Shown piece after piece: positions 23,671 to 37,665 of a DNA stretch of 64,000 bases. Position 1 is the first letter of the stretch. The number at the start of each line of letters is the position of its first letter. Made by a program: the position numbers and the translations under genes. The stretch is from Octopus vulgaris (taxonomy: Eukaryota), in contig OX597835.1 of the NCBI GenBank assembly GCA_951406725.2, positions 28,334,001 through 28,398,000 of the forward strand, written 5' to 3'. The notes under the pieces are model-generated. The model was not told the origin of the DNA. It saw nothing but the letters and a program-made list of their open reading frames with translations, and made no database searches.

Positions 23671-25537
23671 AGGTGGTGAGCTTGGCAGAATCGTTAGCAT
23701 GCCTGGCAAAATGGTTAATGGTATTTCGTCTTCCGCTACGTTCCGAGTTCAAATTCCGCCGAGGTCAACTTTGCCTTTCATCCTTTCGGGGTCGATAAAT
23801 TAAGTACCAGTAAAACACTGGGATCGATGTCATCGACTAGTCCCTCTCCCCAACAATTTCAGACCTTGTGTCTATAGAAGAAAGGTTTATTAAATGTGTG
23901 TATTACTAAATTTTACTTCAGAGTGAATTCAGTTGAGTCAGTGTCGTTGTATGGATCAAGCAGATGGACCCTGATGCGAACACTTGAGAAGAAACTAAAT
24001 GATGCATACACTAAAATGCTTAGGGTTGTACAAAAAAAAAACAAAAAAAACTGGCGTCAACGTATTAATAAATACATAAATGCGCCCTTTTAAAGCCTAG
24101 CCAGGCTCATCGACCCTGCTTCCCGATTTCAATGGCGTATGTGTTCCCCAGCTGGACGGGACGCCAGTCCATTGCAACGTTACTCACTTTTCGCTCGGCG
24201 TGCTAACGTCTCTGCCAGCTCGCCGCCTTAAAGGCAAAGTCGACCTTGGCGGAATTTGAACTCAGAACGTAACGGCAGACAGAATACCTATTTCTTTACT
24301 ACCCACAAGGGGCTAAACACAGAGAGGACAAACAAAGTCAGACAAACGGATTAAGCCGATTACATGGACCCCAGAGCGTAACTGGTACTTATTTATTCAA
24401 CCCCGAAAGGATGAAAGGCAAAGTCGACCTCGGCGGAATTTGAACTATTTCTTTACTACCCACAAAGGGTTACACACAGAGGGGACAAACAAGGACAGAC
24501 AAACGGATTAAGTCTATTACATCGACCCTAGTGCGTAACTTATTTAATCGATCCCGAAAGGATGAAAGGCAAAGTCGACCTTGGCGGAATTTGAACTCAG
24601 AACGTAGCGACAGGCGAAACACCGCTAAGCATTTCGTCCAGCGTGCTAATGACCCTGCCAGCTCGCCGCCTTAAACACATTTTACAATCGATCGGCTTAC
24701 AAGTGTCATCATACGAGCATAAATAAAAATGTATTTACAGGGTATTTAAATTAATAACACTCTTCTCAAGACATGTACGGTACCAGTCAGCTCTGTTTTA
24801 CTGTGTATCCTGCTAGGGTGGTTCCCCAGGTATCTGGTCTAAATTATTTTCTGTTCCCCCCACCTTTTTTTTTTCATTCCACGTGCACCGACTATCTCTT
24901 GTACTGCAATAATTTAGTCAAATATATTTGCTATTAATGAAGGCGGCGAGCTGGCAGAAACGTTAGCACGCCGGGCGAAATGCGTTGCCGTATTTCGTCT
25001 GCCGTTACGTTCCGAGTTCAAATTCCGCCGAGGTCGACTTTGCCTTTCATCCTTCCGGGGTCGATAAATTAAGTACCAGTTACGCACTGGGGTCGATGTA
25101 ACCGACTTAATCCCTTTGTCTGTCCTTGTTTGTCTCCTCTGTGTTTAACCCCTTGTGGGTAGTAAAGAAATATATATTTGCTATTACGAAGCCGCTGTTT
25201 CGAACATAGATTAGCATGGACTGTACAAATGCATTGCCAAAGATAAACTACTTGAAACGTTCTTGTAATATCTTGGTCTTTTTTTATTTGCCGAACAAAT
25301 TACTTTGCAGCGTTTCTTCCGGGTTTTTGTGCTAAAATTTAGTTAAAATTGCGCGAAGGGCCAACTTTGCCGTTCATCCTTTTAGGGTTGATAAAATGAA
25401 ATACCAGTCAAGTACTGGAGTCGATGAAGTCTACCATCCATCTCTCGCCTTCAAAATGCTGATCTTGGGTCAGAATTTAAAAGAATTATTTTCCCAAATT
25501 GTTTTGGAAACAAATTTTTCGCTATAATATCAACAAT

Positions 25538-25703
25538 AGGCGCAGGAGTGGCTGTGTGGTAAGTAGCTTGCTAACCAACCACATGGTTCCGGGTTCAGTC
25601 CCACTGCGTGGCATCTTGGGCAAGTGTCTTCTGCTATAGCCCCGGGCCGACCAAAGCCTTGTGAGTGGATTTGGTAGACGGAAACTGAAAGAAGCCTGTC
25701 GTA

Positions 25704-25770
<67 letters not shown>

Positions 25771-25980
25771 TTGTGTGTCTGTCCCCCTAGCATTGCTTGA
25801 CAACCGATGCTGGTGTGTTTACGACCCCGTAACTTAGCGGTTCGGCAAAAGAGATCGATAGAATAAGTACTAGGCTTACAAAGAATAAGTCCCGGGGTCG
25901 ATTTACTCGACTAAAGGCGGTGCTCCAGCATGGCCGCAGTCAGATGACTGAAACAAGTAAAAGAGTAAAGAGTAAAGAGT
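25538..25980 (+). mobile_element. Full-length CORE-type tRNA SINE (family B) with internal (TA)n(TG)n
   Basis: GGAGTGGCTGTGTGG head, GGGTTCAGTCCC B-box, CORE-like CTTGGGCAAGTG, (GAGTAAA)n tail. Other copies at 31311-31720, 45710-46105(-), 55700-56125, 58448-58810, 60440-60818(-) and more. Confidence 0.85.
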
Positions 25981-26129
25981 AATAGCATCTTCTTGGATTT
26001 TTGATAATGGTTACTAATTAGGTACAATGCCCACAATTTGAGGCACGTGGGGTTAGTCAGTAACATCTACCCCATTCCTTTTTTCTAATTTTAAATTTTT
26101 CTTGAACCCTATCTATCTATCTATCCACT

Positions 26130-26390
26130 CAGTCGAAGTCGACTCTCGATTGCTCGTTGGAGCATGATGTCTTTCTCCAGGGATTTTCTCCGTATAACAT
26201 GACCGAAATATGCCAATCTATGCTTGGTGATCCTAGCTTATAGCGACATTTTCGGCCTGATCTGCTTAAGAACTTCTCCATTGGTGAGCCTCGCTGTCCA
26301 TGGAATCCGTAAAAGTCTTCTCCAACACCAAAGCACGAATGCATTAATTCTCTTCTGGTCAGCTTTCTTTAGTGTCGAGGTCTCGCATAA
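26130..26390 (-). mobile_element. BovB/RTE-like LINE ORF2 fragment
   Basis: Minus frame KKADQKRINAFVLWCWRRLLRIPWTARLTNGEVL...LAYFGHVIRRKSLEKDIM. Confidence 0.8.
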
Positions 26391-27635
26391 AGTCAGTTGC
26401 CCGGTTTCCATGTCGTATTTACGCGACCGAGATCACACCATTCTCTTTGAATGGAACGACCCCCACCTCCACCCTTACTGGCTGGTACATTATCTTATCG
26501 ATCCCGAAAGGATGAAAGGCAAAGTTCACTTCGACGAGATTTGAAACCAAAACGTATAAAACCGGAATAGATGTTGCGAATCCTTTAATCCGACGCGCTA
26601 ACCATTCTACCACACACCACTTTAAAGAAAAGCGTAGACACAAGGGTTTTAAGAGGAGAGGCCAAGTCGATATCTTCGGCACCAGGGTGTGACTGGTACT
26701 TTATAATCTCGACACCGAAAGGACGAGAGGTGAAGTTGACCCGATGGGATTTGAACTCAGACTATAAACAGCCGGAACAAAGCTGCAAAGCATTTTGTTT
26801 GAAGCTCAAATGATTTTTCCGAGCCATTTGTCTTTTGTACTTTTTCGTAAATGCCCAGACAGTTTTTATTTTTATTTCTATTTTATCAATAAATCTAGAC
26901 ATTATCAGCAGTAAATATTTATGTCAGTAGCTTTCATTTCCACCTTCAAGAGTCTTAAGTGTAGATAAAGTTTTAGAATAATAATAATTTACGTAATAGT
27001 TTTAATTATTATGTTTAATGAACACGCGGAATAAAATTGACAACCTTTCTATTACGTACTGTCGCAGACGACATTGCTTGCACACTTTTAATTCTACTTA
27101 AAGTACTTCTCTTTATTTATTAAAAGTCACAGATCTGGTTGATTAACCCAAAGAAACTTTTGAAGTACTTTGTTTATTTATGATCTCATATTTAGTTTCT
27201 AAAATTATACATTTACATTTCTTTATACTGTAGATGCGCGTAGCTTAGTTGTTTAAGTGTTGGACACATGATCGTAAAATTGTGGTTTCGATTCCTGGGC
27301 CGGGCGACGCGTTGTGTACTTGAGTAAAACACTTCATTTCACATTGCTCCAGTTCACTCCGTGCTTGTATGTGTGTGTGTATATATGTATACATATATGC
27401 CAGCGGCGAGCTGGCAGAGACGTTAGCACGCCGGGCGAGATGCTTAGCAGTATTTCGTCTGCCGCTACGTTCTCAGTTCAAATTCCGCCGAGGTCGACTT
27501 TGCTTTTCATCCTTTCGGGGGTCGATAAGTTAAGTACCAGTTACGCACTGGGGTCGATATAATCGACTTAATCTGTTTGTCCTCTCTGTGTTTAGCCCTT
27601 TGTGGGTAGTAAAGAAATATACATACATACATACA

Positions 27636-27669
<34 letters not shown>

Positions 27670-27879
27670 CATCCATCAATGCATACATACATGTATATAT
27701 GTCGAGTTTATTAGCAGTCAACAGCCATCTAACAATATGTGTACATGTGTATGTATGCATGTATGCGCGGGGACATGGAAATACCTGGGTTGGTGTCCAG
27801 GCACGCAGTTGGTCCACTGGGAGTGGGAGGCCCCTCAGCTGTTGTCACAACATCTCACTAGGGGAAGGTAAATCTGAGA

Positions 27880-28216
27880 GAAAGGACTGTTTTAACGAAG
27901 TCGCGTCTTGCCCCTACCTTCGAAACGCGGAGTAGATAAAACAGGGGACAACTGATGAAGGGAATGTTCTTTATGTTGCCTGTCTCGTCTCTCTATTTGT
28001 TTGTTTCTTTCGTTCTTCGAAAAAAAGTTCGTTTCTATGTTTTTGGTTTTTTATGTTCCTGATTTTCATTTTTTGATGTCCTGTACCCATATATGCATGT
28101 ATATATATATATACATATATATGTTGGTATGTACATATATGTATGTATGTAGGCATATATTTATATATTATTTATATTATTATCAGATCGAACCCCACGC
28201 ATCCATTTCCAAGTAA
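27880..28216 (+). mobile_element. Interspersed repeat, possibly Penelope-like; inverted relative at 33070-33600
   Basis: AGGACTGTTT.AACGAAGT.GCGTCTTG...ACAACTGA.GAAGGG..T.TTCTTTATGTTG...ATCCATTTC.AAGTAAG is shared with 33070-33400 (-). Confidence 0.6.
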
Positions 28217-28239
28217 GTTTTCTCTCTCTCTCTCTCTGG

Positions 28240-28271
<32 letters not shown>

Positions 28272-28414
28272 TTATAATAAGATTAGCTCGTATACAAGTG
28301 GGTATATATTTGTAAAAAATGAAGTTTGAAAATGCTGCTATATTAGACAAATTTTAATTTTAATTTTTTAACATGTTTCGGTTCTTGAAATGACGAACCT
28401 TATCAAAAAAAATT

Positions 28415-28635
28415 ATATATAATAAAGAGAGTTCATGCTATATGTTTCAAAGAGTATGATGTAATAGTTCATAATTGTGACATATATTCAATAGAGTTAA
28501 ATATAAAAAATTCTTATATAATATTCAGTAGAGTCAAATATAAAAAATTCATATATAATAAAGGGAGTCCATGCTATATGTTTAAAGAGGATGATGTAGT
28601 AGTTCATTATTGTGACATACATTCAATAGAGTATA
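28415..28635. repeat. ~136 bp tandem duplication
   Basis: TATATAATAAAG.GAGT.CATGCTATATGTTT..AGAG..TGATGTA.TAGTTCAT.ATTGTGACATA.ATTCAATAGAG occurs twice. Confidence 0.85.
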
Positions 28636-29070
28636 AAAAAAAGCGAGGAGTTCATTTTAGATTTTACCTTGTGTTCCAATGGGAGCAACAGTAATGATTT
28701 TTGGTTGGTGTCTGTTCGTATAATTTTGGTGAATTTTGTGATTGTTGGGTTTATACCAGCTCAGCTTAGCTGTGGTCACTTGCACTTTTCACTGACGTCA
28801 TATAGTTCCAAACCAATCAAAACCCAGTCTCAACGAATATATCCTGTTAGGAAACCAACCAAGCGGAACGACAGTTTGGCCACGGAAGAAATACGTCATC
28901 ATTTTTTTGACGAATCGAAATTAGATCTGACCCATGACTGTATCCTGTTAGGTGGCTAGTCCAGCAGAACGAGACGTCATCAATGTTTTGACCAATCAGA
29001 ATCGGGTCTGACCCATAACTGTATATATATATATGTGTGTGTATTAATATATATATATGTATATATATAT

Positions 29071-29426
29071 ACTAGCAGTATCGCCCGGCGTTGCTCAGGT
29101 TTGTATAACTATAAAGCATTTTTAGAGAGTTATAGCCAAAAAATAGCAAAAAATGGAAAAAAAATGATGGTAAATTTTTTTGAGAGTTAAAAAAGGTGGA
29201 GTTGCGTCCCCTAGACGGTCTGTGGTTTGGGTTTCTGATTCTCGACCCCATGTCGAATTTATCGATTTTTTTCAGAACTGGGGGACCTTTTCAAAATTTT
29301 CGCTGCGTTAGTTTTGAATTATGACATTGGGCTATGTGTGTGTCAAGTTTCATCAGAATCGGTTGAAAGCCGTGGTCATGAGGGTCAAGCAAACAGACAC
29401 ACAGAAACACGCACAGACAAACTGCC

Positions 29427-29430
<4 letters not shown>
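29071..29430. mobile_element. Non-autonomous Helitron/Helentron (DINE-1/Lep1-like) element
   Basis: ACTAG plus GC-rich hairpin-like GCCCGGCGTTGCTCAGG at one end; CAAGTTTCATCAGAATCGGTTG...(CAGA/CACA) at the other, ending in (TA)n. Confidence 0.6.
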
Positions 29431-29670
<240 letters not shown>

Positions 29671-31483
29671 GGTGTATATATATTCATACGAAGCATCTTA
29701 GATGTGAACAGAATTATAATAGATGTGAATGAGTTGTATCTATGGATATCACTGTGATATCTGCTGATAAGCACAGATGTTGCTATCGATGTTCAAGCAC
29801 TCTATGAAGCAATTATTGTTGAGTGTGTGTATATATCTATATCTATATCTGGATCACTAACACTTAAAACAGTATCATCGTGGGTGAAACGAGATCACTA
29901 TCATGAAATGCTAATTTTATCCAATTCGATATGTGTGGTTGTGTTATTCGTTTGTGTGAATGATTAAGTATATGTGTGTATACGTGTGTGTGATGTGCGC
30001 GCACGCGCACGAGAGTAAGTTTTATATTCATTATATATAATGAATGAATAAGTGAAGCCATGCAGTACATAGTAGATAATTTTATCTCAATATCTGAAAT
30101 TTTAAACTAAAATTTCGGCATAAAATCCCTTTTGCAAAATTATGAGTTTAGAAAAAAATCATATCCGTGATAAACAAAGGAAAGATAAAATGAAAATGTG
30201 AAATCGCTGACGTTTTTGATTGTCACTCTAACGTCAATGAGTGTATTTCTACTGAAGCATCTTCCGGACGTGAACGATTAAGCAGAATCGGATAGAAAAG
30301 GATGACAGCTGTTTCACTAGGTCATGATACTGGTGGTAAATAAATGCCTCCGTTGAGTTGGTGAAATATAACACTGTGTAAAAAATCTTTTTGTTTTTTA
30401 TCTTTGGTCAGTAAGTGTTATTTCCTATTTGCTTCTATCTAGAAATCAAAGGAAATGACTACTATTCCCTTCAGACTTTGCTTTTCTGACCACCTGGACA
30501 TCAAGGTTTTGAAACTGATCTATTTTCATTTACATTTGAGACCAATTCAGCACTGAGTTGCTGAAGCAGAACTATCGTTATAGCAAATATTCTTCTCAAT
30601 ATCACAGATTTGCTTGTCAGGTGCTTGACCTTAACCAGTTGAGCATGGCCCTTAGTAGCTAACAAAATGTGCATCTCTGATCATGAGAAGGAGTAGTGGG
30701 GGAGCAAAATAGCCATGTGTTGAAAGGTATTCTTTGGGGTTTTAATAAATGTAAAAAAAAAGCAAAGTTTGAAGGATATATTAGCCATATTTCATACTTT
30801 CTAGGGATAAACAAATATGAAATAACAGTTGCTATCTAGGACAAATATCGTGTTATACCAGTGCTAAATATATATGATTTGTGTACGGATTGCGGTTTAT
30901 ATGCAGAACCCTGTTGTATACATAACATAGTTAACAATAAAGGAACAGAATAATTTTATTGAAAGAATAATTTTTACTAAAGTCTACCAGCTTCCACTTT
31001 TGCATCAAAATCAATCCCATAGAAGGCAGCTTAACTGGCACTTCCTCTACTCTGGTTTCAATGGAATTAATTGTAATTAAATCGTTTTTTTCTCGTCTTC
31101 CAGTTTGTAAACAAGCGATGATCTGGCAGAATCATTATCGCACCGGACAAAATGCTTGGCTGTATTTCTTTCGATTCATTACTATCTGAGCTCAAATTCC
31201 GCCGAGGTCGACTTTGCCTTTCATCCTTTCGGGGTCGATTAAATAAGTACCAGTTACACACAGCATAAATATGGTTGCTTTCATCTTATATAAAATATAT
31301 TCACGCATATAGGCGCAGGAGTGGCTGTGTGGTAAGTAGCTTGCTTACTAACCACATGGTTCCGGGTTCAGTCCCACTGCGTGGCACCTTGGGCATGTAT
31401 CTTCTACTATAGCCTCGGACCGACCAAAGCCATATGAGTAGATTTGGTAGACGGAAACTGTAAAGAAGCCCGTCGTATATATG

Positions 31484-31522
<39 letters not shown>

Positions 31523-32185
31523 TTCTGTGTTTGTCCCCCTAGCATTGCCTGACAACCGATGCTGGTGTGTTTACGTCCCCGTTACTTAGTGGTTCGGCAA
31601 AAGAAGAACGATAGAATAAGTACTGGGCTTACAAAGAATAAAGTCCTGGGGTCGATCTGCTCGACTAAAGGCGGTGCTCCAGCATGGCCGCAGTCAAATG
31701 ACTGAAACAAGTAAAGAGCATCTCATATACGAAATATATATGTATATCTCTACATATTTATGTGGCAGAGATTTGTTTCCATGAAATTATCGGATGTCAC
31801 TATGTCATCATTTCCGGTCAATTCACTTTCATTCCGACCCCCTCCTCCCGCCCCCTTCTAAACAGCATGGTAACCATTGTAACACCGAGTCAAATTAATA
31901 ACGCGTTAGCTTGTATGTTGACGTTATTTTGGGTTTCATAGAAATGTTTAAGCACTATATTTTAAGATCGCTTTCTCAATCACCGCTCGAGTAATTACAG
32001 AGAGGGATTTAAGCTGGAGTTTATTTTGGGGGTTGTATTTCAAGTTGTGTGGGAGTAATTATTGTAGAAGATAGATGTATTGTACGGGATTTTTCTTCCT
32101 TTTTGCTATGTACAATAGATATTTAGGTGGTTACATTGTGTTGGTGGAGGATGTGATTTAGAAGAAGTAACAGCACTCAACTAAC

Positions 32186-32231
<46 letters not shown>

Positions 32232-32246
32232 CATACATACACACAT

Positions 32247-32324
<78 letters not shown>

Positions 32325-32957
32325 ACACACATACACACACACACATCAAAATAAGCAACCTGTTTCATTATCAATGGTCTGCTAGTGGGCGACCCCCTTA
32401 ATTATCAGCTAACATCTTGATTTAATGTTTCCTTTACCAAACCTCATGATATTGCTTCTAATAAATCTTGATTTTTATGACTGTACCAACTATAATGTCT
32501 GCCTTCTCCCTCAGCCCTACCTCTAATAGATACTGCCCTCTGTTCTCTCAGCCTTAGATATATAAGGGATTAAATAAACTAGACTATAAATTAAAACTGA
32601 CAAAATAAAAACAAAAAATCAGTGACAGGCAGAATCTGTAACAATGTATATCTTCTTGGAAAATTCAGTAACTTCTAAACTGGAGTGAGACAGCATGTTC
32701 TCTGTCTAATTATACTAATGTGTCCATGTGTTCTAATTTAATTTAATTCTATGTCTTTGTGCAGCTGAAAATTGCTCTGCATTTTAAATTGATGTAATGA
32801 TTACTGCATTACCTCTGGATATCCTTGTTGCTTATTTTGATTTTAATCACCTTACTTTGAAATTGTATGGATAATACCGTACTAAATTCTGGTGCCTCAA
32901 CTTAAGTAGCATATTCATCTGAATCTAAATTTTTGCTGAACTCATCTACCATACCCA

Positions 32958-33064
<107 letters not shown>

Positions 33065-33925
33065 TAAAACTTACTTAGAAATGGATGCGTGGTGTTCGAT
33101 CATATAATAATATAAATAATATATAAATATATGCATAAATACATACGTATATGTACATACTGACATATATATGTAAATGTACATGCATATATGGGTACAG
33201 GGCAACAAAAAAACGTTGAACACATTGAGAAACGAAAACATGAAAACAAAAACATAGAAACGAACTTGTTTTCGAACAACGAAAAAAACAAACAGAGAAA
33301 CGAGACATACAACATAAAGAATATTCCCCTTCTTCAGTTGTCCCTGTTTCATCTAAGGCAAGGACAAGACGCAACTTCGTTGAAACAGTCCTTCCCGCAA
33401 GGCAAATTATATAAAATTTGGGATTTTTTGCGGAGGGTGAAAGTGGTAACAAGAACAGGACAGTGAGAACAAAACAGTAAAAACAAATAAAAAAGTAAAA
33501 ACAGTAAAACACAGAACAATGAACACAAAACAGTAAAAACAAGCGGTGAGGGCTGTTAAGCCAAAACGATACAAAATATTATTCTGAACGCTTAGGAAGA
33601 CGAGCTTATGAAGGAGACTGTATAAGCACGTTTAGTCTTTACGAAGGTTGTGGGTAGAAAGATAGATTTCTCTTCTTTGTCTATCTCTCTCCCTCTCTTG
33701 TTCTTCATCCATTCGGGTTTTTTCTCCCACCCTTCCCTATTCTTCCCCTCTCCTCTTCACTGTTCCCTCTCTCTCACTCCCCCTCCTCGACTCTCTCGTC
33801 GCTGAGAATAGTCGTGCTGTTCTCTGCCCAAACACTTTGTCAGCCTACAGCTGCATGCGTTCATATATGATTGATCCCCTGTTGGAGACTGTTAAGTAAA
33901 TATTTGGGGGAGGGGGATCTTGATT

Positions 33926-34900
33926 TTAAACACGTTTTTTCAATCCTTTAAGGATAATCATTGTTTTCAATACCTTTCCTGCAGCATTAACACACAACAC
34001 ATCAGTGAAACGAGCTTTGGTAGCACCACAGTGACTAGCATCTACATTTTTATTGCCAACAAAGTCTATGGTTGTTGAACTCAACATGTCAACATATACA
34101 GGTGTTTCATCCATATTATGAATCTGGTCAGCATCCTTATCTACTGTTAATACTGGACTGCTATCTAGATAGTCACTGGCGATTTGTGCCTTTTCTCCAA
34201 GTGTTTTATTGTCTGCATGTGTAATCTTTCTCACAGTCAGTTTATTCCATTTCATGAAATTGAAAATCCATTTACCAGAACATCTAAAGCTGTTCATTTC
34301 AATTCCAAACCTTTTCACCAATTCAAAAGTATATTCCCATAAACGGTGATAATTTACAATTATTTTGTTTGTACGCTGAACAACAATCCACTGTAAGAAT
34401 TCAATCTCTAGGTCTCTGTGTGATGGTCCTCTACCTCCACCAATTGATCTGCGCCTCTTCTTGTCTGATATATCGATTAACTCAGTTTCTTTTGTGCACC
34501 ATTCTCTCAATCGTTCTCAATCAATACCTAAGTCTCTTGATGCAGCAGATAAATTACCAGAATGTTCTTTCACTCGTTTAATAGCACTCAATATTTAACT
34601 AATGGTATATGATTGTTGAACACGTTTTGATATATTTTCTTTCGACTCCGTTATGGGGAATAAATATCAGATCACGAAGCAATGACGACGAATATAATCG
34701 GATCAGACAAATGGCGTGGTGCAGCCGACGAACTATCAGATAGCGATAATCAATCAAAGGAGTGTTACATTACTCCTCCGATGAAATAAAGCTAGTGCCG
34801 AAAAGAGCAAATGAACGTCTAAACAGAATGCAAACAAGAACACCAACTCTGTTTCAACTTTTAATCACGAATAACCGCCCATCCAAATAAACGCCCATGG
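33926..34900 (-). mobile_element. pogo/Tigger-family transposase remnant (CENP-B-type HTH plus start of the DDE domain)
   Basis: ORF 33926-34510: LE.E.LQWI, FRCSGKWIFNFMK, NMDETPVY, RFT.VLCVNAAG.VLK.MIILKG. N-terminal HTH in another frame to ~34650; subterminal AATAA(C/A)CGCCCA repeats at 34870-34900. Confidence 0.9.
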
Positions 34901-36349
34901 GCGAACCCCGATATTTAGTGGAAATGAAATGTAAAAAGACAGTTAAAGGTCGAATTTTATAGATTGGTAGAAATTACTTGTAGGAACTAAAAGTATATTT
35001 TTGCCAATGTTTGCAACGATAAACGCGGTCTTTAATTGTGTTTACAAGAGAATTCTCTGGTAACAGGATGCGATAGAGTTCTTCGTTACAGAGCGGACAA
35101 GAAGATTTACCTTTATCATATGGAAAGGACCTAGATAGAATATTCCATTCCAAATCAAATTGTTTATTATGTTCCTTCAGAGACCAAATTAATTTACTAA
35201 GCCCAGTATTGTTGCGTTTATTGATGTCTAAATGTAGAGTAATGGTTAGATCAAAAATACTAATATTAAATGTACGTCACGATGCGTTGTAGCTACTGTT
35301 TATAACTCGCTCTGAGATTTATTATTGCTTGTTTACACTTTTTCGATATCAGTGTCTATCGATACTGGAAAAAGTATAAGTGTTTATGAAAGGAACCTGC
35401 TTCTCATCGACAACTGTGATTGTCACTAGCCGATGACGGGTCAATATCCAGAAACTCTAGTCCGTGTGTATCATAAGTTGAAGACGGGAAGGATGGCTTC
35501 CCTTTGCAAACACTGATAGGGCACAGAAAGTGTGTCTATGGCCAGCTGGAGGAGGTGTCCTCCTGGGGTTACAAACTACAGTAGCATCCACCCTTAGGGG
35601 CTAGCCATATTTAAATGGCAAATGTACGTCACTAATATTATTGTTATTATTGTTTAAAGAATGGTTGGTGTGAATAATATCAATGTTATTATTTTTATTA
35701 AGTGGATTTGTATTTAACAACTTATTGTTATGCGGAGAGAAGCCCTTAGCCTAAGATTCCATGCCGTGGGACTGAACTCCAAACTACATTGTTGCAAAGT
35801 CAGTTTCTTAAGCATAAAGCCATGTCTGTCATGAGGAATTTAAACAACTCCACCAAGCGATAACAACATCACCACCACCACCACCGGTAGCAGGAACATC
35901 AACATTAAGAAGCGTGTCCTCAATCTTAATGTTGAAAGAAGAAGGCGGACAATTAGCAATGATAAATAACCGGTTTGCTTGTCTTAGATCTGCAAGATGT
36001 GAAGAGGGGGGGGGGGAATAGAGCGAGAAAAAGAAGGAAAGAACGAAGGAAGAAAGAATAACCGGTTTGTCTGTCTTGGTTCTGCAAGATGTGAAGACTG
36101 AGGAGGGAAATAGAGCGAGTAAAAGAAAGAAAGATCAAAGAAAGAATGAAGAAAGAAACAAAGAGAGAAGGAAAGAAAGAAAGAAAGAAAGAAAGAAAGG
36201 AGGAAGCAAAGAGAGAAAGAGGGAGAGAGAGAGAGAGAAACAGACAGAAAGAGAGAGAGAGAGAAAAGCGGCGTGTGTGCTCGTCGTTTTGTTCTGTCAA
36301 CCGTTTTGTTCGATGGATGAGGATGATGAGGATGATGATGATGATGATG

Positions 36350-36399
<50 letters not shown>

Positions 36400-36402
<3 letters not shown>

Positions 36403-37560
36403 GAGGGGTTTAAGTCGATACATCGACCTCAGTGCGTGACTGGTACTTATTTAATTGAGCCCGAAAGGATGAAAGGCAAAGTCGACTTCGGCGGAATTTG
36501 AACTCAGAACGTAGCGGCAGACGAAATACCTATTTCTTTACTGCCCAGAAGGGGCTACACACAGAGGGGAGAAACAAGGACAGACAAACGGATTAAGTCG
36601 ATTACATCGACCCCAGAGCGTAACTGGTACTTATTTAATCGACCCCGAAAGGATGAAAGGCAAAGTCGGCCTCGGCGGAATTTGAACTCAGAACGTAGCG
36701 GCAGACGAAATACCTATTTCTTTACTGCCCAGAAGGGGCTACACACAGAGGGGAGAAACAAGGACAGACAAACGGATTAAGTCGATTACATCGACCCCAG
36801 AGCGTAACTGGTACTTATTTAATCGACCCCGAAAGGATGAAAGGCAAAGTCGGCCTCGGCGGAATTTGAACTCAGAACGTAGTGGTAGACGAAATACCTG
36901 TTTCTATTTCTTTACTACCCACAAGGGTGTCTGTATTTGTTTGTCCTCTCTGTGTTTAGCCCCTTGTGGGTAGTAAAGAAATAGGTATTTCGTCTGCCGT
37001 TACGTTTTGAGTTCAAATTCCGCCGAGGTTGACTTTGCCTTTCACCCTTTCGTGGTCGATAAATTAAGTACAAGTTACGCACTGGAGTCGATATAATTGA
37101 CTTAATCCGTTTGTCTGTCCTTGTTTGTCCCCTCTGTGTTTAGCCCTTTGTGGGCAATAAAGAAATAAGAATCGTTAGCATGCTGCGCAAAATGTTTAGC
37201 GGTATTTTGTCTGTCCTCACGCTCTGAGTTCAAATTCTGCCGATGTCGATTTTTCCTTTCCTCCTTTAAAGGTCAATAAAGCAAGTACAAGTTGTGTACT
37301 AGGGTCGATGTAATCGACTTAACCCCTTTCCCCGAAATTGCTGGCCTTGTGCCAAAATTTGAAACCATTATCATTAAGGTGGTGAGCTGACAGAATTGTT
37401 AGAATGCCGGACAAAGTGCTTAGCAGCATTTCGTTCGTCTTCATGGTTTAAGTTCAAATTCCGCCGAGGTCCACTTTGCCATTTATCTTTTCAGGGTCGA
37501 TGAGATAAAGACCAGTTGAGCACTAGAAGCGTTGTTAACGACTGACCCCTTCCTCATAAA
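36400..37560. repeat. Family-A SINE cluster: minus-strand multimer (184-bp period) followed by plus-strand units
   Basis: Units 36531-36714 and 36715-36898 are nearly identical; orientation switches at ~36930. Confidence 0.9.
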
Positions 37561-37627
37561 GGTCTTCCCCATAAGGCCTTTTGCATATAGGAGAAATGAT
37601 TGTTGAAATCATCGCTACCTTGTGTAC

Positions 37628-37665
<38 letters not shown>

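Noticed and set aside
36400-36900. Regularly spaced repeats as a CRISPR array
   Set aside because: Units are whole ~184-bp SINE bodies with no unique spacers and no cas genes, in a eukaryotic context.
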